From contig JAWACY010000001.1 of the NCBI GenBank assembly GCA_038896535.1, positions 288,001-352,000 of the forward strand: a stretch of DNA of 64,000 nt, read 5' to 3'. Shown here piece by piece: positions 30,065 to 40,083 of this stretch. Source of the stretch: Candidatus Anstonellales archaeon. Its GTDB lineage: Archaea; Micrarchaeota; Micrarchaeia; Anstonellales; J096. The number at the start of each line of letters is the position of its first letter. Position 1 is the first letter of the stretch. A program made the translations under genes and the position numbers. The notes beneath the pieces were generated by a model, which saw only the letters and a program-made list of their open reading frames with translations, searched no databases and had not been told where the DNA came from.

Positions 30065-32012
30065 GCTTCCTCAAAAGGTTATTTTTTTCTTTAGAATCTT
30101 TCAATATGATTTTTAATACATCTTTTATATTATGTGCTGCATGTACTTTTATTTTTTTCTTTAATTTCTCACTCAAATCTTTTAAGTTGCTCGCAGGTAT
30201 TATAAGTTCTTTTGCACCTATTTCTATTGCTGCCTCTGCTTTAGCATTAATGCCACCAACAGGTAAAACATTGCCCCTAACATCCAGAGAACCAGTTAAT
30301 GCAACATCCTGCTTTATTGGCACTTGAGTAAAAGCAGATAATACTGCAACAGCAACGCTCACACTTGCTGAATCGCCCTCTACTCCTTCATATGTTTGCA
30401 AAAATTGAACATGTATATCTTTTTTTACTATACTTGTTCCTATGTATTTTTTTATTATTGCAGAAACATTTTGCACAGCTTCTTTTGCGATTGACCCAAG
30501 TTTTCCAGTTGCTATTATTCTTCCTTCAACTTCGCTGGCTGATGGCGTTACTTCAGCAACAATTGGAAGTGCAATGCCTTTATTCGTGTTTCCAATAACA
30601 GCAAGGCCATTTGCTCTTCCTACTTCATAACCTTTTGTGTATATTACCTGATATTCCTTTTTTCTCTTTACATACTCATCAGCTATTTGTGCTTCAACTG
30701 CTTTTGCTGCGCTCCTTGCTTTTATGACATGCTCTTTTTCAACATATTTGCTGCCTTCTTTTACAGCAATGTCTCCAGCAGCTCTTACAAGGCCCCCAAG
30801 TTCTCTTAAATTAAGGCTTAACCTTCCTTTTCTGCCTGCCATTAACCTCGCTTGTTCTATTATTTCAAGCACAGCATCTCTTGTGAAATGCGGGATCTTG
30901 CCATCTTTTTTTACTTCCTGCGCTACAAACCTAGCAAGCTTCTCCCAGTTTTCTTTATTATCATCCATGTCTGTTTCCATAAAAACCTCATATCCATTGC
31001 CTCTTATTCTGCTTCTCAATGCCGGATGTAAAGCCCTTAAATCCATTTCATTACCAGCAGCAACAAGTATGAAATCACAAGGTGCTGGTTGCGTTTTTAC
31101 TAATGCTCCAGAACTCATTTCACTCTGTCCGGTTATGCTATATTGCTTCTCTTGCATTGCTGTTAAAAGTTCTTGTTGCCAATTAAGCTTTAAAGATGCT
31201 ATTTCGTCAATAAAAAGCACACCCTTATGTGCTTTATGTATTGCTCCTGCTTCAACTCTTAAATGTGCTGGCGTTCCTAGCCCACCACTTTGCAAAGGAT
31301 CATGTTTAACATCCCCCAATAATGCCCCTGCCTTTGCTCCAGTCGCATCTATGAACGGCGCTTGTTTTTTGCCAGTGTTGTCAACAATGAGCTTTGGCTT
31401 TATTGTTTCAAATTGCATTGGCCTGGCACTGCTCAATAGAGAGTAAAATAAGTAAAGTAAGCCAAACGCAAACAACGCTGATAATAAAAACCATCTAGCA
31501 TTATTATCTATGTTAAAGAAAAATAGCCCGACACCTATTAAAAAAAGCAATAATAAAATAAGTCCAGTAGGTAAGCCCTGTTTTTTATCCTGCCTTTGTG
31601 AAGATGCTTTTATTATCCTTCTACCAAGGCCTTCCTGTAAAATGTCAGGTAATTCATCTTTTTTATGTATTAATATTTTTCCTATTTCATCTTTTGTATA
31701 TGCTTGGAAAAGCTCTGGATTTTTAATTAAATATTCCCTATCTGGATATGTTTTAACGCTTTTTATGATAGGCTCATTTTCCATAATATTGTTTGGATAT
31801 GCCAGCAAATCCTCAAGCTCTGTTTTTGGTAATAACTCTGCCATTCCTTGTGCCAGCATACTTTTTCCTGTTCCAGGAGGCCCTATTAAAAGCACATGCC
31901 TTCTTTGCTTTGCTGCTAATTTTATTATCTCAACTGCTCTTTCTTGTCCTATAACTTGATCTATTATTTTTGAGGGCACTTCTATTTCTTCTGTTGTTTT
32001 GAATTTCAGCAT
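30042..32012 (-). CDS. lonB: Archaeal membrane-anchored Lon protease
   Basis: [10 protein letters not shown] insertion in the AAA domain, LFIDEI, EGDSAS catalytic Ser. Confidence 0.96.
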   Translation of the reverse strand: MLKFKTTEEIEVPSKIIDQVIGQERAVEIIKLAAKQRRHVLLIGPPGTGKSMLAQGMAELLPKTELEDLLAYPNNIMENEPIIKSVKTYPDREYLIKNPELFQAYTKDEIGKILIHKKDELPDILQEGLGRRIIKASSQRQDKKQGLPTGLILLLLFLIGVGLFFFNIDNNARWFLLSALFAFGLLYLFYSLLSSARPMQFETIKPKLIVDNTGKKQAPFIDATGAKAGALLGDVKHDPLQSGGLGTPAHLRVEAGAIHKAHKGVLFIDEIASLKLNWQQELLTAMQEKQYSITGQSEMSSGALVKTQPAPCDFILVAAGNEMDLRALHPALRSRIRGNGYEVFMETDMDDNKENWEKLARFVAQEVKKDGKIPHFTRDAVLEIIEQARLMAGRKGRLSLNLRELGGLVRAAGDIAVKEGSKYVEKEHVIKARSAAKAVEAQIADEYVKRKKEYQVIYTKGYEVGRANGLAVIGNTNKGIALPIVAEVTPSASEVEGRIIATGKLGSIAKEAVQNVSAIIKKYIGTSIVKKDIHVQFLQTYEGVEGDSASVSVAVAVLSAFTQVPIKQDVALTGSLDVRGNVLPVGGINAKAEAAIEIGAKELIIPASNLKDLSEKLKKKIKVHAAHNIKDVLKIILKDSKEKNNLLRKLAYGKMY

Positions 32013-32054
32013 ATAATAAATTTTCTATAAATTATTTTTTAAACTTACTGCATT

Positions 32055-32266
32055 GTACATATAAGATAAGGTTAGCTCCTTCTTCACAAAGTTAATAATA
32101 GGGGCTGGATGTTTGTAAGAAGGCGCACATATAAGGGCATTGCCTTCTTACCTGGAAGATTGTAAGAAGGCATGTATATAAGCCAATTTGCCTTCTTCCC
32201 ACAGGTAATAATAGGGGCGGGATGTTTGTAAGAAGGCGCGTATAATAGGGTTAGCGCCTTCTTACC
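32055..32266. repeat. Array of palindromic units GTAAGAAGGC-N17/18-GCCTTCTTAC (three complete plus one half unit)
   Basis: Arms at 32115-32124/32142-32151, 32162-32171/32190-32199 and 32228-32239/32254-32265; 34-bp direct repeat at 32093-32126 and 32206-32239 with one mismatch. Confidence 0.9.
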
Positions 32267-32301
32267 CTCTATTTTAAAACTTTTAGTTGAATATTTCTGG
32301 C

Positions 32302-33423
32302 ATGAAAGAAGTACATAAATTGACATGGGCTTTTTGGGCGTTGGAAAAAGATAAAATAATAGATATAATAATACTAATAAGGGTTTTGTCTATAAGCCTT
32401 GTTTCGATATTTTTACCAGCATATTTTTTAAAAGATTTTTCAATTGATGCATTTATCTATTATTTTGCTGGTTATGCACTTGCAGGCTTGACAGCAGTTT
32501 ATTCCATTTCATATTTAGTAAAAAGCAAAATGAATGATAAAGCAATGCTTATTTCTGTTTTGTGTTTTGCTCTTGGCATGATCTTTATGCAGCAAAAGAG
32601 TTATGCTGCAATATTTATAGCTTCATTCCTGCTTGCTGTTGCAGAAAGGGCATTTTGGATACCGTTTCATTATATATATTCACTTACAGTTGATAAAAAA
32701 GAAAAGGCATATGCCATTATAAATAGCATTGTATATTTAGCCCCATTTTTAAGTCCTTTAATAGGGCTTTTAATAGTCGATTTTTTTGGTTTTGATTCTC
32801 TTTTCACATTTGCACTCATTTTTTATAGTTTGAATATAATATTGTATAAATTTACAAATCTAAAAATAAGAAAGAAATTTAATATAAAGCCAGTTTTAAG
32901 GTTTGATGGGCTTTATTTTGCTGATGTGTTAAAGACAAATGTCCTTGGTTTAATATGGCCTACAATGCTCTTAATATTCGGTTGGGAATTAAAAGACATC
33001 ATATTTCTTTTTTCAGTTTGTTATTTAATATCTGGTTTGATATCATTATTTAATGCACAGTATTTAAATGCAAAAATAAGAACAACGCTAAGCCCAAAGC
33101 TTGCTTTTGTGCATAGCCTATCAATATTATTAAGAGCATTTCCAGCACCTTTAATAAATGGCATATCAGCTTTGATTGGTTTTTCTGCTAATGTTATTTT
33201 TGATTCTCATTATATGGCTTACTTTTACAGCAGGGCAAAAAATAATATATCAGAAGTAATTAATAGAGAGCTTAACATTGCATTTGGTTATATATTCTTA
33301 TTTTTATCTTCTTTCATATTTAGCATTTTTACATATGAAACATTTGTTTTCCTAATGTTGCTAACTGCAATTGGCTCCATGTATGTCTCAGTATTTTTCA
33401 CAAAGCATGAATATAAGGAATAA
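32302..33423 (+). CDS. MFS-like transporter
   Basis: About 12 hydrophobic segments; AFWIPFH and SPLIGLLI...GF resemble MFS motifs. Confidence 0.72.
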   Translation: MKEVHKLTWAFWALEKDKIIDIIILIRVLSISLVSIFLPAYFLKDFSIDAFIYYFAGYALAGLTAVYSISYLVKSKMNDKAMLISVLCFALGMIFMQQKSYAAIFIASFLLAVAERAFWIPFHYIYSLTVDKKEKAYAIINSIVYLAPFLSPLIGLLIVDFFGFDSLFTFALIFYSLNIILYKFTNLKIRKKFNIKPVLRFDGLYFADVLKTNVLGLIWPTMLLIFGWELKDIIFLFSVCYLISGLISLFNAQYLNAKIRTTLSPKLAFVHSLSILLRAFPAPLINGISALIGFSANVIFDSHYMAYFYSRAKNNISEVINRELNIAFGYIFLFLSSFIFSIFTYETFVFLMLLTAIGSMYVSVFFTKHEYKE

Positions 33424-33443
33424 TGTAAAGTATTTTTTCATTT

Positions 33444-34826
33444 TTATTTCTTTTTAATTGACGCTAAAAGAGATTTTATTTTTTTCCTTGTTTTTTCTAT
33501 CTCAGCATTTAACATTTCATGCTCCTGCTCAATATCTGTTATTTTACTATTTAATTGTTCTTCTATCTGCTCAAGCTTTTCTGCGTATGATTCAAAAGCT
33601 TTTATTGCAATCTTATTTATTTCTTTTTCATAAGCCTCTCTATACTTATTCATACTGCTCTCTAATTCAGAAACATCATTTCTGTATTTCAATGCAATAT
33701 CCTCTATCAATTTTTCTACTTTTTCTGTTTCATCTAATTTTTTCTTAAGCCTCTCTTCAAGGCCGCCCTTTTTATCCATCTGCTCAACAATATGCCCGAG
33801 CCTTTGTTCCATTTGCTTTTTCTCATCTGCTAAACGTGAAATTGCGTCAGAGGTCTTAACCATCAAATTTGCTATTTCATCAAATTGTAATGATAATTTT
33901 GCAAGCATTCTTTCATGTTCTTTAATTGCTTTATCTATCTCTTGTATTGAATCTTTTATTGTTTTTATCTCTCCATTTACTTTTTTCATTTCTTCAGAGA
34001 AGGAATCGAGCTCATTCTTCAGAAGCATTTTATAATCTCTAATGCCATTTTTTATTGATTCAATATTATTTGCCTGCCCTTTTATAAGATTTTGAAGCTC
34101 AGTTAAAGATAAGCGATTTTCTTTATTAGTAATCTTTTTTAGCAAATCTAATGAATGCAATGCTTCTTCTTTCAATAATGACAATTTCTTCTGCGCTTCA
34201 AGCATTGAGTCTATTACAGCATTAACTTCTGCTTCAGCTTCATTATAAATTTGTTTTGCCTTTACTTTTTCTAAATATTCTCTTTTTGCTAAAAGTTCAT
34301 GTAATACTGCTTGCTGTTTCTCTATCTCCTTTATTATTTCTTTTACATGCCCTGCTTTTGCTTCCTGCTTTTCCCTAACTTTCCCTACATTTTCTTGTTC
34401 TTTGCTTCTATATAAGCCCTTGCCATGCTTTTCTTGACTGCGTTTTATTTTCTGGCCGTTTTTTATTTCTCCAGCGATGTTAATATTGCCGTATTCTTTT
34501 TCTTGCATTTTTGTTTGTTCCTTAATCTCATTTTTTATGATTTCTTGATTTATTGCTTGCTTGGCACTTTCTTGAATTTGTTCTTCGCTTATTCTTGGCT
34601 TATCTTCTTCTTCAAAGTTATCGTGTTCAAGAAGCCATATAGCATATTTCTTGGTAAATTTATACTCTATTTTTACATACCCCTCTTCGCTTAAAATCTG
34701 AAGCCAGTAATTAACTTTTAATGGGTCCATGTTTAGATGTGCAGCAATGTCTTCAATGCTTGCCCTCTTCTCTTTTGCAATATACTTTATTAATTTATCA
34801 ACATCAGTATTTATGGAAATCTCCAT
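33444..34826 (-). CDS. Winged-HTH plus long coiled-coil protein
   Basis: N-terminal TDVDKLI...SIEDIA..L......WLQILSEEGYVKIEY, followed by about 300 aa of heptad-like sequence. Confidence 0.75.
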   Translation of the reverse strand: MEISINTDVDKLIKYIAKEKRASIEDIAAHLNMDPLKVNYWLQILSEEGYVKIEYKFTKKYAIWLLEHDNFEEEDKPRISEEQIQESAKQAINQEIIKNEIKEQTKMQEKEYGNINIAGEIKNGQKIKRSQEKHGKGLYRSKEQENVGKVREKQEAKAGHVKEIIKEIEKQQAVLHELLAKREYLEKVKAKQIYNEAEAEVNAVIDSMLEAQKKLSLLKEEALHSLDLLKKITNKENRLSLTELQNLIKGQANNIESIKNGIRDYKMLLKNELDSFSEEMKKVNGEIKTIKDSIQEIDKAIKEHERMLAKLSLQFDEIANLMVKTSDAISRLADEKKQMEQRLGHIVEQMDKKGGLEERLKKKLDETEKVEKLIEDIALKYRNDVSELESSMNKYREAYEKEINKIAIKAFESYAEKLEQIEEQLNSKITDIEQEHEMLNAEIEKTRKKIKSLLASIKKK

Positions 34827-34838
34827 GAAACCACCAAA

Positions 34839-35384
34839 TTAAGATGCAAATCCTATGTCTTTATCTTTTATCAATATTTTCCATGTTCCAGATAATTTTT
34901 TGCTTGCTTTTCTATATGCTTCTTGTACAACAGGAATAAATTGCTTATATGTATAAACAGAAAAAACAGGCTGCCCTTGCCTTATTAGTGCTGCTTTATG
35001 TGTTGGTTTACCAAATGCTCTTCTCATACCTTTACTTATTCTATCTGCTCCGGCGCCAGCAACCATCCTGTTTTCCCTTATAATATGATGCGGATATGGT
35101 CTGACTCTAAAAAAGTATTTGCCGCTTGCGCCCTTCTCAAGCTGTCTAACAACAGTTTGCCTTGATGCTTCTAAGGCATTATCCCTATGGTAATATGTCT
35201 GCTCTGCAACAAGCTCTATTAAAACTTCATAATTTTGCTTAACGCCTGTTTGGAATTGGTGTAAATGTTGATGTGGCTCTGTTTTGACATAATTTTTACT
35301 CATGTTGCTTTTGCTTTTTCTTGTATATGGCACTTTATCAACATCTCTAAATGTTCTTGCGGGTCTTATTGGCATAATTACCAC
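34839..35384 (-). CDS. rpl10e: Ribosomal protein uL16 (L10e)
   Basis: ALEASR, YPHHIIREN...GAGADRIS.GMRRAFGKP. Confidence 0.96.
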   Translation of the reverse strand: MVIMPIRPARTFRDVDKVPYTRKSKSNMSKNYVKTEPHQHLHQFQTGVKQNYEVLIELVAEQTYYHRDNALEASRQTVVRQLEKGASGKYFFRVRPYPHHIIRENRMVAGAGADRISKGMRRAFGKPTHKAALIRQGQPVFSVYTYKQFIPVVQEAYRKASKKLSGTWKILIKDKDIGFAS

Positions 35385-35402
35385 CTATAATAGATTATAT
35401 AT

Positions 35403-35978
35403 GTGAAGCATACATATTTTAAATATAACGAAACATTAACATTTCATATGAGAAGGCATTTGCACATGCACATGTTCAAAAAAGTACATAATAAAAATAA
35501 ATTATTACTCTTTTTATTCATTTTTATCATTGCCCTTGTTAATGGCTGCTTAGTAAGGAAAGACCTAGTCTTAGCAAGAAATTGCAATGCCCTTGATGGC
35601 ACTGACAAGCTTGATTGCTATTATGAGAAGGCACTTTACCACACTTTTGATGGAGAATACAATGCAGCATTTCAGCAATGTCAACAGATAAGCGCTGGTT
35701 TTGGTGGTGGCCTAACATCAATAAAACAGGTTTTCTCTGGAGTTGATGAAGCTTATTACAATAAATGCGTAACAAATATAGCAGTTGTAAGCTTAAATGA
35801 TAGTTGGTGCTCCCAAACGAAATCAGGAACAATTACTGGCATATTCACTTCTATCATAGATTTACATAAAGAAGAATGTCTATCTGCTGTTAGAGAGGAA
35901 ATAAGAAAAAGGTCTGGTATGGCAAGCATGAGTAATATGTGGGAATGCATTTTAAACCCCTACAGTAGGAGTTGTTGA
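35403..35978 (+). CDS. Hypothetical exported Cys-rich protein
   Basis: TM ending LVNGC, spaced Cys; true start probably a downstream ATG. Confidence 0.65.
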   Translation: MKHTYFKYNETLTFHMRRHLHMHMFKKVHNKNKLLLFLFIFIIALVNGCLVRKDLVLARNCNALDGTDKLDCYYEKALYHTFDGEYNAAFQQCQQISAGFGGGLTSIKQVFSGVDEAYYNKCVTNIAVVSLNDSWCSQTKSGTITGIFTSIIDLHKEECLSAVREEIRKRSGMASMSNMWECILNPYSRSC

Positions 35979-36239
35979 AATAAGAAAAGTAATAACATAA
36001 CAAACTAATAATTAAAAGCTAAGCTAATAATTAAAAACTCTTACTTGAAAATACATATATGGGACAAAAGGGACAAACTAAAAGGGAAGGGGAAAAAGAA
36101 AAGCTTGGTGTATTTGGGAGAAAAATGTAAAAAAGTTTATGATGCAAGTTCTTAATGCAAGTTTAAGGCAAAAGGCCACTTAGACTTAAAAAAGCTGATA
36201 TTGGCTTACTTATAATGTTTAATTTTAATGTTTATAATT

Positions 36240-36863
36240 TTATTCTCCTTCTAATTCAAGCCTCTCAAAATATGATATTGGCACTTTAAATTCGTCATAT
36301 GATTTAATTTTTCCTTCTTTTAAAAGCATCTCCCTTACAAAAAGCCAGAAAAATACTGCAAGGCTTTTTCTGCCTTTATTGTTCATTGGTATTACATAAT
36401 TTATTCCATTAGCACTATTATCAGTATCAACAAGCCCTATAATAGGAATTTTCATATAACTCGCCTCTTTTATTGCTTCTCTTTCGCTTCTAGGATCGCA
36501 TACTATCACAATGCTTGGCTCTCTAAATTGTTTTGCCTCAGGATTTGTGAAAGTACCAGGAATGAACCTTTTTGATACAATATCAATCTTTGGCAAAAAC
36601 TTCTGCGCTTTTTTAGCAGCATTTGTTGCATAAACCCTTGTTGCTATTATGCATATTTCTTCTTGTTTATAATTTTTTAATTCATTTATTGCATCTCTTA
36701 TCCCATTATCTATTGCTTTCATATCTATTATGTATATTCCATCTTTCCTTTTTTTGTATATGAATTTTATTGTATCTGCATTTCTTAACTTTGTCCCTAT
36801 ATGAATGCCTGATTCAAGGTATTTCTCAACAGGCAATAAAAGCCCAGAAGTTTCTTCTTCCAT
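36240..36863 (-). CDS. rps2: Ribosomal protein uS2
   Basis: YLESGIHIGTK, RFIPGTFTNP, DTDN, NNKGRKSL. Confidence 0.96.
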   Translation of the reverse strand: MEEETSGLLLPVEKYLESGIHIGTKLRNADTIKFIYKKRKDGIYIIDMKAIDNGIRDAINELKNYKQEEICIIATRVYATNAAKKAQKFLPKIDIVSKRFIPGTFTNPEAKQFREPSIVIVCDPRSEREAIKEASYMKIPIIGLVDTDNSANGINYVIPMNNKGRKSLAVFFWLFVREMLLKEGKIKSYDEFKVPISYFERLELEGE

Positions 36864-36888
36864 TTTATCCCTCTTATTTTATCTTTAA

Positions 36889-36978
36889 TGGGGCCGCCGA
36901 GATTTTCAGGCTTATACCTTTTGAACTCGGATCACAGGCACCCCAAGCCTGCAGGCTTCCAGGTTACCCCACGGCCCC
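36889..36978 (-). tRNA. tRNA-Pro(GGG) with a 17-nt intron in the T-loop (59/60)
   Basis: Acceptor GGGGCCG/CGGCCCC; anticodon arm CAGGC-TT[GGG]GT-GCCTG; removing 36903-36919 restores CCGAG-TTCAAAT-CTCGG. Confidence 0.92.
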
Positions 36979-36994
36979 TTTCTCTTCTTTCTTA

Positions 36995-37192
36995 TCATTC
37001 TCTTATGTAAGGTATTATATCATCCATTAGCTCTACATGGCCTAAGAACATTCTTCTGCAACAATATCTCTTTATGCCAAGATCATCAAAAACTTGTTCT
37101 GGTTTTTCTCCAGCATTTACTTTTTCTTTATAATGCTTCCACAGATGTGCTAAAACCTTTCCACAAGAAAAACATCTTACAGGAAATTCCAT
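36995..37192 (-). CDS. rpoN: RNA polymerase subunit Rpo10 (N)
   Basis: [16 protein letters not shown]. Confidence 0.97.
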   Translation of the reverse strand: MEFPVRCFSCGKVLAHLWKHYKEKVNAGEKPEQVFDDLGIKRYCCRRMFLGHVELMDDIIPYIRE

Positions 37193-37209
37193 GAAACCAC
37201 CTATATAAA

Positions 37210-37677
37210 TTACCTATAGCTTTTCTGGAACCTTGCCCTTGCTTTTCTGCCTTTGTATTTCTTTGGCTCAACCCTTCTCGTATCTTCAACAACAAGCGAT
37301 TTATCAATGTTATAATATGTTTTAAGTAATTCATTATCATTAAGATATTCGGATATGCCAACTGCTATTGCTCTTCTTGCTGCTTGTATTTGCCCCATTA
37401 AGCCGCCGCCCTTTGCATTAACTACAATATCTAAATTTTCTTCATTAGCTTTTGGAGCTAATATTAATGGCTCTAATAACATATGTTTCAAATACTCATT
37501 TTCAATTGCATCTGCAGAAATGCCATTAAAAATAAGCCTTGTTTTCTTGCCCTTTTTTATTCTGGCTATTGCTATAGCCCTTTTTCTCTTTCCCCTAGCT
37601 ACAACAACCCTTACTTGGCCCTTTTTTTCTTTATCCTTTATATTTTTTGCCCTGACATTTTTTGTACTCCTAACCAT
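37210..37677 (-). CDS. rps9: Ribosomal protein uS9
   Basis: [31 protein letters not shown]. Confidence 0.97.
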   Translation of the reverse strand: MVRSTKNVRAKNIKDKEKKGQVRVVVARGKRKRAIAIARIKKGKKTRLIFNGISADAIENEYLKHMLLEPLILAPKANEENLDIVVNAKGGGLMGQIQAARRAIAVGISEYLNDNELLKTYYNIDKSLVVEDTRRVEPKKYKGRKARARFQKSYR

Positions 37678-37678
37678 T

Positions 37679-38089
37679 TTATCCCTTCCATCCTAAATAT
37701 GAGCATAAATCTGCCATTGTTATGTAATTTTTTAATTCTTTCATTGCCTCATCTACCTTTGTGCCTTGAACATTTAAAGGATTGCCTATATAAACCTTTA
37801 ACCTCTTGAAAGCTTGCCTTCCTTTTGCTTTCTTTCTTGGCAACATTCCTCTTATAATGCGCCTTAATAAAAGGTTTGGCACTTTCGGCCATTTTGGACT
37901 TTTTTCTGGATTTTGTTTTGTTTGCAAATTCCTTCTTGTTTTATATTTTCTTATTATGTATTCCTTATTTCCAGATATTAATGCTTTTTCAGCATTTATA
38001 ATTACAACCTGCTCTCCATTTAGCAATGCCTTTGCAACCTTGCTTGCAAGCCTTCCCAATACAGCATTTTCCGCATCTATTACCAGCAT
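37679..38089 (-). CDS. rpl13: Ribosomal protein uL13
   Basis: IDAENAVLGRLAS, IRGMLP, RLKVYIG. Confidence 0.97.
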   Translation of the reverse strand: MLVIDAENAVLGRLASKVAKALLNGEQVVIINAEKALISGNKEYIIRKYKTRRNLQTKQNPEKSPKWPKVPNLLLRRIIRGMLPRKKAKGRQAFKRLKVYIGNPLNVQGTKVDEAMKELKNYITMADLCSYLGWKG

Positions 38090-38097
38090 GTCACCAC

Positions 38098-38439
38098 CTA
38101 TACTATTATCATTACATCTTGAAAATTTTTTATCTCATTATGGGCTTGTTTTATCGATATTGCCTTTCCTCCAATGTTTTCTATCCCCTGCTTTGCTTTT
38201 TTACTATAAGAAAAAGCAGCCACAACAATCTTTTTTGTTAATGTTCCATTACCAAGCACTTTTCCTGGCACTATGACAGTTTTTCCTTCTTCTACAAATT
38301 TTTCTATCTTCTCCAAGTTAACAACGACCCTCTTTCTTCTAGGCTTTTCAATTAGCTTCAATACTGCTCTCCAAAAAGGCCTTTTATCCTTTTTTAGAGT
38401 ATTTATTGTGTCCAATAATTCAGCATTTTCAATATTCAT
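38098..38439 (-). CDS. rpl18e: Ribosomal protein eL18
   Basis: VNLEKI, VIVPGKVLGNG, VAAFSYS. Confidence 0.96.
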   Translation of the reverse strand: MNIENAELLDTINTLKKDKRPFWRAVLKLIEKPRRKRVVVNLEKIEKFVEEGKTVIVPGKVLGNGTLTKKIVVAAFSYSKKAKQGIENIGGKAISIKQAHNEIKNFQDVMIIV

Positions 38440-38520
38440 TTTATCACCAATACACGCGCAGTGCGCTCGCTCCTTGTAAAAGGAACTGAATAATAGTATT
38501 AATAAAAGGTATTAAAAATG

Positions 38521-39780
38521 TTATGCAAAAATTACTTTAAGCCAGAATAACGGACTTGTCAGCATTTTTCTGTAATTAAGTCCCTCTTGGTCTGTCAATG
38601 TGCTTGATATGAAATCTCTTATATCTTTATTTCTTATTGCCTTGTCTATTATCATGTTTAAAAGGAATTTATGTCTTCCAAGCCTTTGCAATTTATACAT
38701 TGTTTGCAATTCATCATCCAAATGCTTTCTTAAAAGCTCGTCATAAAGCTTCAGCGTGTTTGAAGAAAAATCCTGTTTTTTAAATGCTTGCTCTATTGCT
38801 ATGCTTGCAAGTTTTCCTGAAAGCAATGCATTGCCAACACCTTCTCCTGTGAATGGGTCTATTAAACAACAAGCATCTCCAACAAGCAAATAGCCATTCC
38901 CATATCCCTTTCTTCTCTTACTCCCTAATGGCAAGCCCCATCCAATTGGCTGTTCCAAAGGCTTTGCATTCTTAAATCTATGAGCAACAATCTCATTATT
39001 TATTGCTTTTGCTAGCTCTGCCTTTAAATCAATCCTTTTTTTCTTTATCTCTTTTGTTATCATACCAATGCCAACATTTGCCATTTTATTTGGCAATGGA
39101 AAGATCCAGAAATAGCCAGGCAATATGTTGTCCATAAAATGTAATTCTATTTTATCTTCCATTCCTTCAACGCCTTGCCAATATTGCCTCAAAGCAATAA
39201 CATGATGCTCATCATCTATCTTTTCTGCATCTGTTTTTGCAGCAACAATGCTGCTTGCTCCATCAGCACCAATAACAACGTTTGCATATATATCTTTTAC
39301 CCCATCCTTTGTTTGTGCCTTTAAACCAATAACATTGCCTTTATCATCTTTTAATACATCAATAACACTTGCTTCTTCAATAACATCGCAATTTTCCTTT
39401 ACAGCATTGAACAAGTGATTGTCCCCTATAAAACGCCTGACAATATAACCAGCCGGGCCATTTTTGTTATTTTTATTTTCAACCTTCAATATTTTTCCTT
39501 TTGGAGAGCTAAATATTACGCCATTAATATCAAAATGCTCCTCTTTTTCATATGCTTTTAACAAGCCCAGCTCATTCAATATTTTTACTGATTTCCCGCC
39601 AACAGCATCTCCACAAACTTTATCCCTTGGGAATTTTCTTTTTTCTATCACTATTACTCTATATCCTTTTTTTGCTAAAAATAATGCACTTGAACTTCCA
39701 GCAGGCCCTGAGCCAGCTATTGCTACATCATATTTTTTATTTTCCATATTACCATCCATATAAGAGATGTAAAAAAACAT
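38521..39780 (-). CDS. Geranylgeranyl reductase family FAD oxidoreductase
   Basis: GSGPAGS, FPRDKVCGD, PGYFWIFP, LVGDA..IDPFTGEG; likely start near 39747-39759. Confidence 0.9.
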   Translation of the reverse strand: MFFYISYMDGNMENKKYDVAIAGSGPAGSSSALFLAKKGYRVIVIEKRKFPRDKVCGDAVGGKSVKILNELGLLKAYEKEEHFDINGVIFSSPKGKILKVENKNNKNGPAGYIVRRFIGDNHLFNAVKENCDVIEEASVIDVLKDDKGNVIGLKAQTKDGVKDIYANVVIGADGASSIVAAKTDAEKIDDEHHVIALRQYWQGVEGMEDKIELHFMDNILPGYFWIFPLPNKMANVGIGMITKEIKKKRIDLKAELAKAINNEIVAHRFKNAKPLEQPIGWGLPLGSKRRKGYGNGYLLVGDACCLIDPFTGEGVGNALLSGKLASIAIEQAFKKQDFSSNTLKLYDELLRKHLDDELQTMYKLQRLGRHKFLLNMIIDKAIRNKDIRDFISSTLTDQEGLNYRKMLTSPLFWLKVIFA

Positions 39781-39806
39781 TTAAAAATTTGAATGCACAT
39801 TTATTT

Positions 39807-40010
39807 ATGCCTTTTTCAATAGGATTGACATTTACTTTTATAGGGGAATTTATGCTTGCAGTTGCTATATATTTAGTGCACGGAAAATTGCTACAAGAGA
39901 AAAGGCTGGATAAAAAGGTTTTTATGGAACTGTATAAAGAAGAAATAATAACTATTATAGCAATACTATTTTTATTATCCGGCTATATAATGCAGATATT
40001 TGACATATGA
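39807..40010 (+). CDS. Small two-TM membrane protein
   Basis: MPFSIGLTF...GEFMLAVA...VH...E...D; the 3' part of the tracked ORF 39552-40010. Confidence 0.6.
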   Translation: MPFSIGLTFTFIGEFMLAVAIYLVHGKLLQEKRLDKKVFMELYKEEIITIIAILFLLSGYIMQIFDI

Positions 40011-40083
40011 ATAGAGAATATAACTCAATGACAGCTGGCCATTAAAAAAGAGGAATATGCCTTGCTATTAGATAAGTAATTTT

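Noticed and set aside
30106..31959. Several long + strand ORFs (up to 240 aa)
   Set aside because: Antisense shadows of lonB; the same applies to shadow ORFs over nrdJ, the ATPase, manC and the ribosomal genes
32055..32266. CRISPR array
   Set aside because: Units are inverted-arm pairs with related 17-18-nt cores and irregular linkers, not identical direct repeats with unique spacers; no cas genes in the window
32084..32326. 80-aa minus-strand ORF with repeated GKKA/PSY
   Set aside because: The peptide repeats are a by-product of the DNA palindromes; it overlaps the MFS start
33444..34826. SMC/Rad50 ATPase
   Set aside because: No Walker A/B, signature or hinge motifs
35979..36239. ncRNA or array in the intergenic gap
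   Set aside because: Only short local duplications (CTAATAATTAAAA x2, GGGACAAA x2, ATGCAAGTT x2) and no stable structure; the gap at 20314-20565 is similar
19409..36978. Integrated element bounded by the two tRNA-Pro genes
   Set aside because: Both are complete tRNAs with different anticodons and acceptor stems; the interval holds core genes and no integrase
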